DNA from: Patescibacteria group bacterium
GTDB taxonomy: Bacteria; Patescibacteriota; UBA1384; GWA2-35-9; JBASTP01
DNA: 58,881 nucleotides
Assembly: GCA_049274945.1 (NCBI GenBank)
Contig: JBASTP010000001.1
Span: 1-58,881, forward strand
Direction: 5' to 3'
Positions 33,107 to 41,729 of this stretch are shown piece by piece. Made by a program: the position numbers and the translations under genes. Numbering within the stretch: the stretch's first letter is position 1; each line of letters opens with the position of its first letter. The notes beneath the pieces are model-generated. The model made no database searches, was not told where the DNA came from, and was given only the letters and a program-made list of their open reading frames with translations.

Positions 33107-33396
33107 GTCTTGCTCAATGTATACTAAGTCCGCAGGGACTCGCAAGATACTTAGCAAGACACGACCGGCCGCTCGTTGGTCGCTTAGTCGGCTTGCCGAC
33201 TCGAAAAAAACTCAAGCGGCCGGTCAGCCCTTTTTCCAATTTTTCCAGGTTTGGTGGCGCGCTCGTTGTAGAAATTAGAACCCTCGGGTTCTCGTTACCA
33301 GTTTAGCGCGCCACCTCCAATTTTCCCCTGAGTTGCTCGTGGTTCTTTTAGCCCATATGGGCTCGAAAGGACAATAGCAACTCTAGGGGATTTTTT
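33107..33396 (+). ncRNA. structured ncRNA 2 (about 290 nt), paralog of ncRNA 1
   Basis: Extended -10 TGcTATAAT (33092-33100). It shares the 5' stem (33107/33153), the GACCGGCCGCT/AGCGGCCGGTC stem (33163/33215) and an identical 23-nt linker TTTTCCAATTTTTCCAGGTTTGG (33232-33254). The terminal stem is CCCCTGAGTTGCT/AGCAACTCTAGGGG followed by a T-run. Confidence 0.65.
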
Positions 33397-33453
33397 ACTT
33401 AACCCCTTGACACAACATCTCCCGCCACCGACAATCAAAATATGGCAGAAAAA
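33391..33453 (+). repeat. about 60-nt direct repeat, right copy (functional promoter and start of the 79-aa gene)
   Basis: See 31152-31213. Confidence 0.8.
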
Positions 33454-33681
33454 GAATTCACCGCAACCCAAGTGATGGCGCTCCAAGAAGAATTAGGCAA
33501 GGGCATTAAGGTTATTGGCGAACAATATTCGGATATTAAACAAGAACTCAAAACCATCAACGGGCGCCTCGAAAATCTTGAGGAAAAAGTTGATATTATG
33601 GTTGCAACAATACCCCATAAAGCCAGCAAAGCCCAGGTAGATGAACTCGAAAAAAGAGTCGAGGCACTAGAAACCTCTTGA
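33442..33681 (+). CDS. small coiled-coil protein (79 aa), hypothetical
   Basis: Heptad-rich sequence (RLENLEEKV...VDELEKRVEALE) immediately upstream of tuf. Confidence 0.6.
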   Translation: MAEKEFTATQVMALQEELGKGIKVIGEQYSDIKQELKTINGRLENLEEKVDIMVATIPHKASKAQVDELEKRVEALETS

Positions 33682-33757
33682 CAAACCTGTTTCCCACCTG
33701 TAACATTTAATTCATTACTAAGGGCGAAGCCCACTATTTTAGTTACGGAGTAACCAA

Positions 33758-34939
33758 ATGGCAGATAAATACGAACGCACCAAACCCCACTTGAACGTTG
33801 GCACAATCGGCCACGTTGACCACGGCAAAACCACCCTGACCGCCGCAATCCTCAAACACCAGAAAACCAAGGGGATGGCCGCGGATGAAAAGAACGTTGA
33901 TCAAATCGACAACGCGCCAGAAGAAAAGGCGCGCGGCATTACCATCAACACCGCCCACGTTGAGTATGAAACCGAGAAGCGCCACTACGCCCACATCGAC
34001 GCCCCCGGCCACGCCGACTATGTTAAGAACATGATCACCGGCGCGGCGCAGATGGACGGCGCGATTTTGGTGGTGGCGGCAACCGATGGCCCCATGCCGC
34101 AAACCCGCGAGCACATTCTGCTGGCCCGCCAGGTTGGCGTGCCCCAACTCGTGGTGTTTTTGAACAAAGTCGACCAGGTAACCGACAAAGATTTGATCGA
34201 ACTGGTTGAAGTGGAAATCCGCGAGCTCCTGACTAAATACGAGTACGAAGGCGACAAAATTAAAATCATCAAAGGTTCAGCGCTCAAAGCGCTGGAAGGC
34301 GACGCCGAAGGGAGCAAAGCAATCGACGAGCTGATGGCCGCGGTTGACGAGTTTACCGAGCCAGTCCGCGAAGTAGACAAACCGTTCCTGATGCCGATTG
34401 AAGACGTCTTCTCAATCAAAGGCCGCGGTACCGTGGCAACCGGCCGGGTTGAACGCGGCGTAGTGAAAGTTAACGAAGAAGTTGAAATTGTGGGTATTAA
34501 GCCCACCAAAAAAGTCGTGGTAACCGGCGTTGAAATGTTCCGCAAGCAGCTCGACGAAGGCCGCGCCGGCGACAATGTGGGGCTCCTTTTGCGCGGTGTT
34601 GAGCGCGAAGACATTGAGCGCGGGCAGGTGGCAGCCAAGCCAGGCTCCATTACTCCGCACACCGAGTTTGACGCCGAAATATACATTCTGACCAAAGAGG
34701 AAGGCGGCCGGCACACACCGTTTTTCAAGGGCTACAAACCCCAGTTTTACATTCGAACCACCGACGTTACCGGTGAGGCAACGCTGCCCGAGGGCGCGGA
34801 AATGGTAATGCCCGGCGACACCGTAAACCTTAAAATCACGCTGATTCAACCGGTCGCGATCGAGCAAGGCATGCGCTTTGCCATTCGCGAAGGCGGTAAG
34901 ACCGTCGGCGCCGGAGTAGTAACGAAAGTGTTAAAGTAA
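33758..34939 (+). CDS. tuf: elongation factor Tu
   Basis: [25 protein letters not shown]. Confidence 0.98.
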   Translation: MADKYERTKPHLNVGTIGHVDHGKTTLTAAILKHQKTKGMAADEKNVDQIDNAPEEKARGITINTAHVEYETEKRHYAHIDAPGHADYVKNMITGAAQMDGAILVVAATDGPMPQTREHILLARQVGVPQLVVFLNKVDQVTDKDLIELVEVEIRELLTKYEYEGDKIKIIKGSALKALEGDAEGSKAIDELMAAVDEFTEPVREVDKPFLMPIEDVFSIKGRGTVATGRVERGVVKVNEEVEIVGIKPTKKVVVTGVEMFRKQLDEGRAGDNVGLLLRGVEREDIERGQVAAKPGSITPHTEFDAEIYILTKEEGGRHTPFFKGYKPQFYIRTTDVTGEATLPEGAEMVMPGDTVNLKITLIQPVAIEQGMRFAIREGGKTVGAGVVTKVLK

Positions 34940-34952
34940 CGGGAGGAGACGG

Positions 34953-35282
34953 TTGGCAATAAAGAAGAAGGTCGAGCCCAAGAGCAAGATTAGGATTCGG
35001 CTCAAGGCATACGACGCTCGGATCATTGACAAATCAGCCCGCAAGATTATCGAAACCGCCGAACGGACGGGAGCGGTAGTCGTTGGGCCGATTCCCTTGC
35101 CAACCGAACGATCATTAATCACCGTAATGCGCTCTCCCCACGTTCACAAAAACGCGCGGGAACAGTTCGAAGTCCGCGTGCACAAGCGCTTGATCGACGT
35201 GCTAGACCCTTCTGCCAAAACCGTTGACTCGCTGATGAACCTAGACCTCCCCGCGGGAGTGGATATCGAGATCAAGACATAG
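34953..35282 (+). CDS. rpsJ: 30S ribosomal protein S10
   Basis: IRIRLKAYD...GPIPLPT...HKRLIDV; TTG start. Confidence 0.95.
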   Translation: MAIKKKVEPKSKIRIRLKAYDARIIDKSARKIIETAERTGAVVVGPIPLPTERSLITVMRSPHVHKNAREQFEVRVHKRLIDVLDPSAKTVDSLMNLDLPAGVDIEIKT

Positions 35283-35615
35283 ACACCGGCCAAACCTGTT
35301 AGGGTCGTACAATATTTTTTTTGGTGGGAGCAGTATGGTGCGACAGGGGAATTAACAATTTAGCAAGCCACGATATCATCACTGATAGGTAACGTAAAAA
35401 ACGCTGTTATCAGTACACATGGAGGGGAGCCAGGGGGACTTATGTGTATTGGTAGTGGCGTTTTTTAGAAAGCTAATAATAAATACAAAACTCCAAGACT
35501 CAACATCTTGCCGCCTTGTAGAATACAAATCCGTGGAAGCTGGGTACCCAACGAAAGGTCGCCCCAGCAGACCACAGGCCTTTCGGCTATTTCATTATAG
35601 TATAGTCAGAGGTTA

Positions 35616-36029
35616 ATGTTTGGCAAAAATTCAATGAGTACAAATGTTTCTAAGGCTGAACTTGTAGCATTTTTACCAATACTCAATTATGAAAGAGAAA
35701 ATGGTTTGCTCAATATCACTGGTGCAGGAGTTAACAAATTAACTCTTAATCAGATCGGTGGCAGACTCCATCTAAATGTAATTGTTGCTCTTTCAAATGT
35801 CGCTATTGGGAAACATCACCTAAATATTCTGCTGCGCACTGAACGGAGCCATCCTCAATCAATTCCATTGATATTTGAAGCGGACCAATTCGTGCCTTTA
35901 CAGGTAGATACTTTTTCGGTGGAATTTTCATTGCTACACGTCGGATGGTACACGCTCCAACTGCAGTATCAGGAAAAGATCTTGAGTAGTGTTCCGATTT
36001 TGGTTGAGGTAAAACAGCTGGTTTCATAA
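35616..36029 (+). CDS. hypothetical protein (137 aa) in the AT-rich island
   Basis: ORF with an AGAGG ribosome-binding site. No motif recognised. Confidence 0.55.
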   Translation: MFGKNSMSTNVSKAELVAFLPILNYERENGLLNITGAGVNKLTLNQIGGRLHLNVIVALSNVAIGKHHLNILLRTERSHPQSIPLIFEADQFVPLQVDTFSVEFSLLHVGWYTLQLQYQEKILSSVPILVEVKQLVS

Positions 36030-36060
36030 TTTCAGTACAACTACTTCAGGATCAATTACC

Positions 36061-36090
36061 AAAAAGTCACCCAATAATGGGTGACTTTTT
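36061..36090. terminator. bidirectional intrinsic terminator between convergent genes
   Basis: AAAAAGTCACCC aataat GGGTGACTTTTT, with A/T-runs on both sides. Confidence 0.75.
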
Positions 36091-36117
36091 GGTGCCTAAT
36101 ATCAATTTCATTTGAAC

Positions 36118-36516
36118 TCAACCAGGAATGATAACACTAAATATATAAACAAGTAAAAATAGTAACATTACTCCAATAATCCAAGTAATAATTTGCGCTC
36201 TTTTAAATTTCTTTTTATTTTCTAAACTTGGATTCTCAAGTTCCTTAATTTTACTATTTAAAAAGTAAGCAAACAGCAAATATACAATACCAAAACTAAA
36301 GATTAATGAAGTAAGGACTGCAATAAATCCCGCAATTTCTGCTCCTAAAACATAACCAAAAAAATAAGAAATTCCAAGACTAACATAACCAATATCTGAT
36401 AAGTTAAAATTTTTCTCAACAATACTCCGAGTACCTCCATCCAAGATACTAATCAACCCTAGAATTAAAAGAATTCGATACCAAAACTTATAAGATCTTA
36501 AATTATTATTTTTCAT
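36118..36516 (-). CDS. small multi-pass membrane protein, hypothetical
   Basis: 132 aa with about four hydrophobic helices. Overlaps the upstream gene by 4 nt. Confidence 0.6.
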   Translation of the reverse strand: MKNNNLRSYKFWYRILLILGLISILDGGTRSIVEKNFNLSDIGYVSLGISYFFGYVLGAEIAGFIAVLTSLIFSFGIVYLLFAYFLNSKIKELENPSLENKKKFKRAQIITWIIGVMLLFLLVYIFSVIIPG

Positions 36517-37037
36517 ACCTTATATTCCTTCTTAGCAATTCCCCTTGGACGATTCAAAAAATCATCGCGTAACCAAAGTGCACCTACACCTAAAATGACT
36601 TCAATTTCCTTGCCTTCTTTAAATGCGTAGTCTTTTACCGGTCGAATAAACAATTCATCTTTCAATGAAAGCATTAGCCTACGGGCTGCCTCCTGTACAT
36701 CATACTCTGGATAATTCGGAGGAAGCATATTTTCTAACTGTCCAAACAGGTGTTCTTTTTTATCATCAAGAATTTTTTCTAAACCACTGTCTTTAATATA
36801 TTTAACACCTAATTCAGTAGGTTGAAGAGGAGATGCAGATGAAGCAACTCCTTCGAGTTTACCCTCCATTTTGGCCATTCTTCCAATAAGATCTCGGACA
36901 TCAGTTCTTAATTCCTTAAAATCAGTCTTCAAATCTGCAAGAACTTGTAATTTTTTTCCTATTCCCATGGCGACGCCAACTATCGTAATTATTAAACCAA
37001 TTACACCAACTAAAAATTCAATTGAACTTATCTCCAT
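36513..37037 (-). CDS. membrane-anchored hypothetical protein
   Basis: 174 aa with an N-terminal transmembrane helix (FLVGVIGLIITIVGVAMGI), a coiled-coil segment and a soluble C-terminal domain. Confidence 0.6.
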   Translation of the reverse strand: MEISSIEFLVGVIGLIITIVGVAMGIGKKLQVLADLKTDFKELRTDVRDLIGRMAKMEGKLEGVASSASPLQPTELGVKYIKDSGLEKILDDKKEHLFGQLENMLPPNYPEYDVQEAARRLMLSLKDELFIRPVKDYAFKEGKEIEVILGVGALWLRDDFLNRPRGIAKKEYKV

Positions 37038-37231
37038 AATTTAATGGTAAGTTATTCACTTCATATTGTCTACATAAAACACTTTTCGCAAATAGATTTG
37101 ACAAACTTCCCAGCAAGTACTACTATCAACATAGTGACGGTTGCAACGAAGGGCGATACAGTTTTTTACACAGTTCTCATGCCTCATCTCTGATATATAT
37201 GTATAGATCAAGACTCGATAAGATCAAAACG

Positions 37232-37477
37232 ATGGCAAAAGACACAACCCTAAATGAACTTGTTGAACTAACTGCCCACGGTTTTGCCGATGTGACTGAA
37301 CGGATAATGACCGTGGATAGTAAGGTAGACAGACAAACAGTTCAACTGAGTAATGTTGAAACAAGACTCGAAAGAATCGAAAATACCATGCTAGAGCTGG
37401 CGTACAAATACGAGGTTCGCCGTCTGGAAGACCGAGTCGCGAAAATCGAGAAAGCGATTGGTCTGATAAAACGGTAA
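37232..37477 (+). CDS. small coiled-coil protein, hypothetical
   Basis: MAKDTTLNEL...RLERIENTM...RRLEDRVAKIEKAIG. ATG 37232 is preferred to the track start 37199. Confidence 0.5.
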   Translation: MAKDTTLNELVELTAHGFADVTERIMTVDSKVDRQTVQLSNVETRLERIENTMLELAYKYEVRRLEDRVAKIEKAIGLIKR

Positions 37478-37661
37478 AGCCTTAAATTACTTATTAAAGC
37501 CAAGAAGGCCCTGAGAGCAATCGAAGGGCTTTTTTGGTGGCTGTTTTTTGGTATTGACTCACTGTGGTACACTAAAATTAAGTTCTTTAATTCTATGGTC
37601 CGGAAGGAAGTGATAGAACATAGATGAGAATGGATCTATCCATGAATGGCGCCTAAAAAAC

Positions 37662-38180
37662 TTGCCGAATCAACGCGTCTTGATCGTCCTGGATGGCGAT
37701 AACTGGGCACAGCCGCTCCGCTCATCGCTCAGAGCAAATCGGCTGCAGGAGTTTATCACTTTTCTTGCCCAAGGCAGACAAGTAGTAGACTTCCTTGCTT
37801 ACTTTACCCGGGTCGGCGAACGGGAGCAATTCTACATTAATGGCTTTGAAGGACAACTTGACGCGGCCGGTGTAAGGCTCGTATTTCTCGATCCCGTAGA
37901 AGAGCAAACGAAAGGTGGCGAAACTCGATCCCGAGGATATGAGGACGAGAGCATCTTTGAAGATATTAAGACCAGGGCCCAAGACTTTGATAGTCTCATT
38001 ATTATCAGTGGCGACGCTGACTTCACAATATTAGGTATACACCTCATTCTTAGATACAACAAACGCATCGAAGTGGCGACCGCCGTCACGGCTTCGACCT
38101 CTAAATATCTCCTCAACATGGCTGATACTATCCACAACATTGATTCGTTCATCCCCGTCCCCACACCCTCAACAGCCTGA
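37662..38180 (+). CDS. NYN/LabA-like domain protein (putative RNase)
   Basis: VLIVLDGDNW... and ...SLIIISGDADFTILG...RIEVAT, the NYN (DUF88/LabA) pattern. TTG start. Confidence 0.65.
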   Translation: MPNQRVLIVLDGDNWAQPLRSSLRANRLQEFITFLAQGRQVVDFLAYFTRVGEREQFYINGFEGQLDAAGVRLVFLDPVEEQTKGGETRSRGYEDESIFEDIKTRAQDFDSLIIISGDADFTILGIHLILRYNKRIEVATAVTASTSKYLLNMADTIHNIDSFIPVPTPSTA

Positions 38181-38209
38181 ATCTTCTCCAAGGAGCAGGC
38201 TGTTTTTTT
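38173..38209 (+). terminator. intrinsic terminator after the NYN gene
   Basis: CAGCCTG ... CAGGCTG followed by TTTTTTT. Confidence 0.65.
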
Positions 38210-38321
38210 GGCAAAAAAAGAAGGGCACCCGGGGGTGCCCAGGGCGTACGTCAAAGTGTCTTCATCAAATCACTCAAAAAATCAAGACCCGAACCTGTTC
38301 TTATGCCCAGGGTTTCACCTC

Positions 38322-38351
38322 TTGACGACTGGAGAACCTATCTGGTATACT
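38322..38351 (+). promoter_or_regulatory. candidate promoter re-starting the S10 operon at rplC
   Basis: TTGACG 38322-38327, 18-nt spacer, TATACT 38346-38351. Confidence 0.45.
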
Positions 38352-38456
38352 TCTCCATAGACTCAACGTTTTCCAAAGTTAGTTCTTGTTTGGGTCGAAG
38401 CTGGGAATATCCGCCCCTTGCAGGGGAATGATTTCCAGGGATATTTTCTTGTTACA

Positions 38457-39059
38457 ATGCCAGGATTAATTGCCCGAAAAATTGGAATGACCCAGGTATT
38501 CAAACAAGGCGCCCATGTTCCGGTGACCCTGCTTGATGTGTCCGGAAATGTGGCGGTAGGCCAAAAAGAGCACAAAATCCTGGTTGGCACCAAGAACTCA
38601 AAACACGTTTCCAAACCAGTCCAGGGCATACTCAAGAAGGCGAATATTACCGCAATCGTTAATAAGTTTAAAGAGTTTGATTGGAGCGGAGACAAACCGA
38701 ATGTTGGCACCCAAATTGGAGCCAACATTTTTGAACCCGGTAAACAGGTAACGGTTACCGCAACCAGCAAGGGTAAAGGATTTGCCGGCACGGTCAAGCG
38801 GCACAGCTTTTCGAGAGGCCCGGAAACCCACGGTTCCGCCAACGTGCGCAAACCCGGATCAATCGGCGCCCAGCAACCCCAACGGGTTACCAAAGGCAAA
38901 AAGATGGCCGGCCACATGGGCAACGCAACCGTTACGGTCAAAAACCTGGAAGTGGTAGAGATTGATTCCGAAAATAACCTCCTGGCGATCAGGGGATCAA
39001 TTCCCGGACCGAATAAGGGGTGGGTGTATGTCAAACAACAGGTAACAGATACTAAATAA
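38457..39059 (+). CDS. rplC: 50S ribosomal protein L3
   Basis: MPGLIARKIGMTQVF..., GKGFAGTVKRH. ATG 38457 is preferred to the track start 38418. Confidence 0.95.
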   Translation: MPGLIARKIGMTQVFKQGAHVPVTLLDVSGNVAVGQKEHKILVGTKNSKHVSKPVQGILKKANITAIVNKFKEFDWSGDKPNVGTQIGANIFEPGKQVTVTATSKGKGFAGTVKRHSFSRGPETHGSANVRKPGSIGAQQPQRVTKGKKMAGHMGNATVTVKNLEVVEIDSENNLLAIRGSIPGPNKGWVYVKQQVTDTK

Positions 39060-39063
39060 CCCT

Positions 39064-39783
39064 ATGGCACGCGTAGCAACTAAAACCAAAACTACTGCTA
39101 AGACCGTCGCTAAAAAACCAGATGTTAAACCTGTTACCACACCGGGAGTGGTTAAAGTGGTCAAAAGTGCACCTAAAAAGAGTAGATCTGAGTTTAATTC
39201 CAGATTGGTTGCCCAAGTGGTACGGGTGTTAGAGTTGCGCCAGAGAAAGGCAACCTCTGCCACTAAAACCCGAGGGGACGTGGCGGGCGGTGGCCGCAAA
39301 CCATGGAAACAAAAAGGCACCGGGCGGGCGCGGCACGGCTCGATCCGCTCGCCAATCTGGCGGGGCGGCGGCATTGTGTTTGGCCCGCAACGAGAGCGTC
39401 ATTACAAGCTCAGCGTGCCCACCACCATGAAAAACAAAGCCCTTAACGAGCTGCTCGATGCCAGAGGGGCGCAGGGTAGTTTGATTACCGTGCCAAGTTG
39501 GCAGTTTAAGGAAGGCAAGACCAAAGAAGCGATTGCCATACTGGCAGGGCTCGGCAAAGAAGGCACATTCTTACTGATCACCGAAAAACCTTCCGAGCAA
39601 ATGAAGCGCGCCACAAGAAACCTTCAGTTCGTTAACCTGAATACTGTACAAAATGTGAACGCAAAAGATATACTTTATGTTGATTATGTGGTAATCGACA
39701 AATCGGCTCATGAGAAACTGAAGGCGCGACTTGCCCCTAAAACTAGTTTAATAGCTCAACGGCTTAATAGCTCAACGGCTTAA
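39064..39783 (+). CDS. rplD: 50S ribosomal protein L4 (Lys/Thr-rich N-terminal extension)
   Basis: GGGRKPWKQKGTGRARHGSIRSPIWRGGG. Confidence 0.95.
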   Translation: MARVATKTKTTAKTVAKKPDVKPVTTPGVVKVVKSAPKKSRSEFNSRLVAQVVRVLELRQRKATSATKTRGDVAGGGRKPWKQKGTGRARHGSIRSPIWRGGGIVFGPQRERHYKLSVPTTMKNKALNELLDARGAQGSLITVPSWQFKEGKTKEAIAILAGLGKEGTFLLITEKPSEQMKRATRNLQFVNLNTVQNVNAKDILYVDYVVIDKSAHEKLKARLAPKTSLIAQRLNSSTA

Positions 39784-39796
39784 TAGCTCAACGATC
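39749..39796 (+). repeat. 16-nt tandem repeat (TAATAGCTCAACGGCT x3) spanning the rplD stop and the rplD-rplW spacer
   Basis: Units start at 39749, 39765 and 39781; the last unit diverges at its end. It encodes the L4 tail ...LIAQRLNSSTA. Confidence 0.85.
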
Positions 39797-40066
39797 ATGT
39801 TTAAAGCGCACATTACCGAAAAAACCTTAAAACTGGCCGAGAGCGGCAAGTATACCTTCGAACTAAGCCGTAGCCGCAGGATCAATAAAATTGAACTGGC
39901 AAAGTTTGTGAAAGAGCAATTCAAGGTAACGCCGCTGAAGGTCAACACCTTGCGCAAACTTGGCAAACCCGGTACCGGACGGCACTCGGGCAGACAATTC
40001 GCGATAGTGCAGCTCAAACCTTCTGAGAAGATAGAAGGGTTTGAGGTAAAGACGGAGAAAAAATAA
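39797..40066 (+). CDS. rplW: 50S ribosomal protein L23
   Basis: S10 operon position and L23-like sequence (TEKTLKLAE...YTFEL). Confidence 0.9.
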   Translation: MFKAHITEKTLKLAESGKYTFELSRSRRINKIELAKFVKEQFKVTPLKVNTLRKLGKPGTGRHSGRQFAIVQLKPSEKIEGFEVKTEKK

Positions 40067-40890
40067 TGGCAATCAAAGCCTATAAACCAACGAGCTCTGG
40101 CCGCCGCGGCATGACCGTGGTTGATTACTCAGTACTCACCAAGGGCAAGCCTGAAAAATCGCTTACCGAGATGCTCCGCCGCCATGGCGGCCGCGACGGC
40201 CACGGCAGAGTCTCAATCCGCCATCGGGGCGGCGGCGCCAAGCGCAGATACCGGTTGGTTGAGCTCGGCCCCACCCAATTCTTTACCGGACAGGCAAAGA
40301 GCATTGAATACGATCCTAACCGATCGGCATTCATTTCCCTTGTGGCAACCAAGGAAGGCGCCAAGTACTACATCCTCTCGCCCCAAGGCATCAAGCCGGG
40401 CGACACGGTGGAGTACGGCGAAAAAACCAGTGTTAATCCAGGCAATCGCATGAAACTCCGCTCTATTCCACCTGGCATTCCGATCCACAATGTTGAACTC
40501 ATTCCAGGCCAGGGCGGCAGGATCGCCCGCGCGGCAGGCAACGCTACGCAAATTCTTGCAAAAGAAGGCGACTACGCCACGCTCAAGCTCCCGTCTGGCG
40601 AAGTTCGTACCATCCACCTTGACTGCTACGCTTCAATTGGTACACTTTCAAATCCGGACCGCAAATCAGTGGTGATCGGCAAAGCCGGCAGGATGCGACA
40701 CATGGGCTGGCGGCCGCACGTTCGCGGCAAGGCCATGAACCCATCGTCTCACCCCCACGGTGGCGGTGAAGGAGTCAACCCAATTGGCTTGAAATACCCG
40801 AAAACATTCACCGGCAAACAGGCACGGGGCGTTAAAACCCGGCGGCCGCGCAAAATTTCTGACCGGTTTATTATGCAGGGGAGGAAATAA
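40066..40890 (+). CDS. rplB: 50S ribosomal protein L2
   Basis: [12 protein letters not shown], ...[13 protein letters not shown]. Confidence 0.97.
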   Translation: MAIKAYKPTSSGRRGMTVVDYSVLTKGKPEKSLTEMLRRHGGRDGHGRVSIRHRGGGAKRRYRLVELGPTQFFTGQAKSIEYDPNRSAFISLVATKEGAKYYILSPQGIKPGDTVEYGEKTSVNPGNRMKLRSIPPGIPIHNVELIPGQGGRIARAAGNATQILAKEGDYATLKLPSGEVRTIHLDCYASIGTLSNPDRKSVVIGKAGRMRHMGWRPHVRGKAMNPSSHPHGGGEGVNPIGLKYPKTFTGKQARGVKTRRPRKISDRFIMQGRK

Positions 40891-41282
40891 TGGCACGCTC
40901 AACCAAGAAAGGACCGTTCGTCGATCCAAAACTTTGGAAAAAGATTGAGAAAGTTAAGAAAGGCGAGCTGCAGGGCCCCATTAAAACGTGGTCAAGAGAT
41001 TCGGTAATATTTCCGGAAATGGTCGGCCTTACCTTTATGGTCCACCAAGGTAAAGATTTTGTGCAGGTTAAGCCCATTGAGGAAATGGTGGGGCATCGCT
41101 TGGGCGAATTTGCTCCCACCCGCAAGTTCCGCAAGCACGGCGGCCGAATGCAACGAGAGCTTGAAGCAACCACCCAGGCTGCCGCCGCGGCAACCCCAGG
41201 GGCAGCGGCCCCCGGAGCCCAAGGTGCACCGGCAAAGCCGGCACGAGCACCGGCAAAGCCGGCACGAGCACCGGCAAAATAA
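40890..41282 (+). CDS. rpsS: 30S ribosomal protein S19 (repeat-encoded C-terminal extension)
   Basis: [12 protein letters not shown]..., [13 protein letters not shown]. The tail is [25 protein letters not shown]. Confidence 0.95.
   Translation: MARSTKKGPFVDPKLWKKIEKVKKGELQGPIKTWSRDSVIFPEMVGLTFMVHQGKDFVQVKPIEEMVGHRLGEFAPTRKFRKHGGRMQRELEATTQAAAAATPGAAAPGAQGAPAKPARAPAKPARAPAK
41226..41278 (+). repeat. 21-nt perfect tandem repeat (GCACCGGCAAAGCCGGCACGA, 2.5 copies) inside the rpsS 3' end
   Basis: Units start at 41226 and 41247, with a partial unit at 41268. They encode PAKPARA repeats. Confidence 0.9.
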
Positions 41283-41290
41283 TAACGATC

Positions 41291-41677
41291 ATGCCAGAAA
41301 CCACCGTTAAATTGAATCGAATCCGGCAATCAGCCCAGAAGGTGAGACTGCTTGCCGATATGGTGCGTGGTAAACCGGTGGAATGGGCGACTCAGCAACT
41401 CAGCCACCACTCCCACCGCGCGGCGCGCCCCATGTTCAAGCTCATCAAATCGGGGATTGCTTCTGCGAACGCAAAAAATATGGAGCCTTCAAAACTGAGA
41501 ATCAAAGAGCTGCGGGTAGACGAGGGGCGGCGGTTGAAGCGCTGGCTGCCGGCGCCTCGGGGCAGAAGCTACAATATTCGAAAACCGACGAGCCATATTA
41601 CCCTCGTCCTGACGGATGAAATGCAAAATGAAAAAATCAAAGATCAAAATGAAAGAGAAAAAATTAAAAATAAGTAA
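41291..41677 (+). CDS. rplV: 50S ribosomal protein L22
   Basis: L22 core plus a Lys/Glu-rich tail (...NEKIKDQNEREKIKNK) encoded by an AT-rich hairpin element. Confidence 0.93.
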   Translation: MPETTVKLNRIRQSAQKVRLLADMVRGKPVEWATQQLSHHSHRAARPMFKLIKSGIASANAKNMEPSKLRIKELRVDEGRRLKRWLPAPRGRSYNIRKPTSHITLVLTDEMQNEKIKDQNEREKIKNK

Positions 41678-41712
41678 TTTTGATTTTTGATTTCTAATTT
41701 TTTAATTTGACT
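41618..41712 (+). repeat. AT-rich hairpin element (family copy 3) overlapping the rplV 3' end
   Basis: AAATGCAAAATGAAAAAATCAAAGATCAAAATGAAAG ... ATTTTGATTTTTGATTT (inverted halves). Confidence 0.5.
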
Positions 41713-41729
41713 GAACGGAGTGAAGAAAC

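Noticed and set aside
31330-33486. ORFs 31330-31623 (+), 33033-33278 (+), 33295-33486 (-) and 33435-33848 (-).
   Set aside because: They lie inside the two ncRNAs or their promoters. They have no ribosome-binding site, and the two paralogous regions are conserved at stem positions (compensatory changes) rather than in any reading frame.
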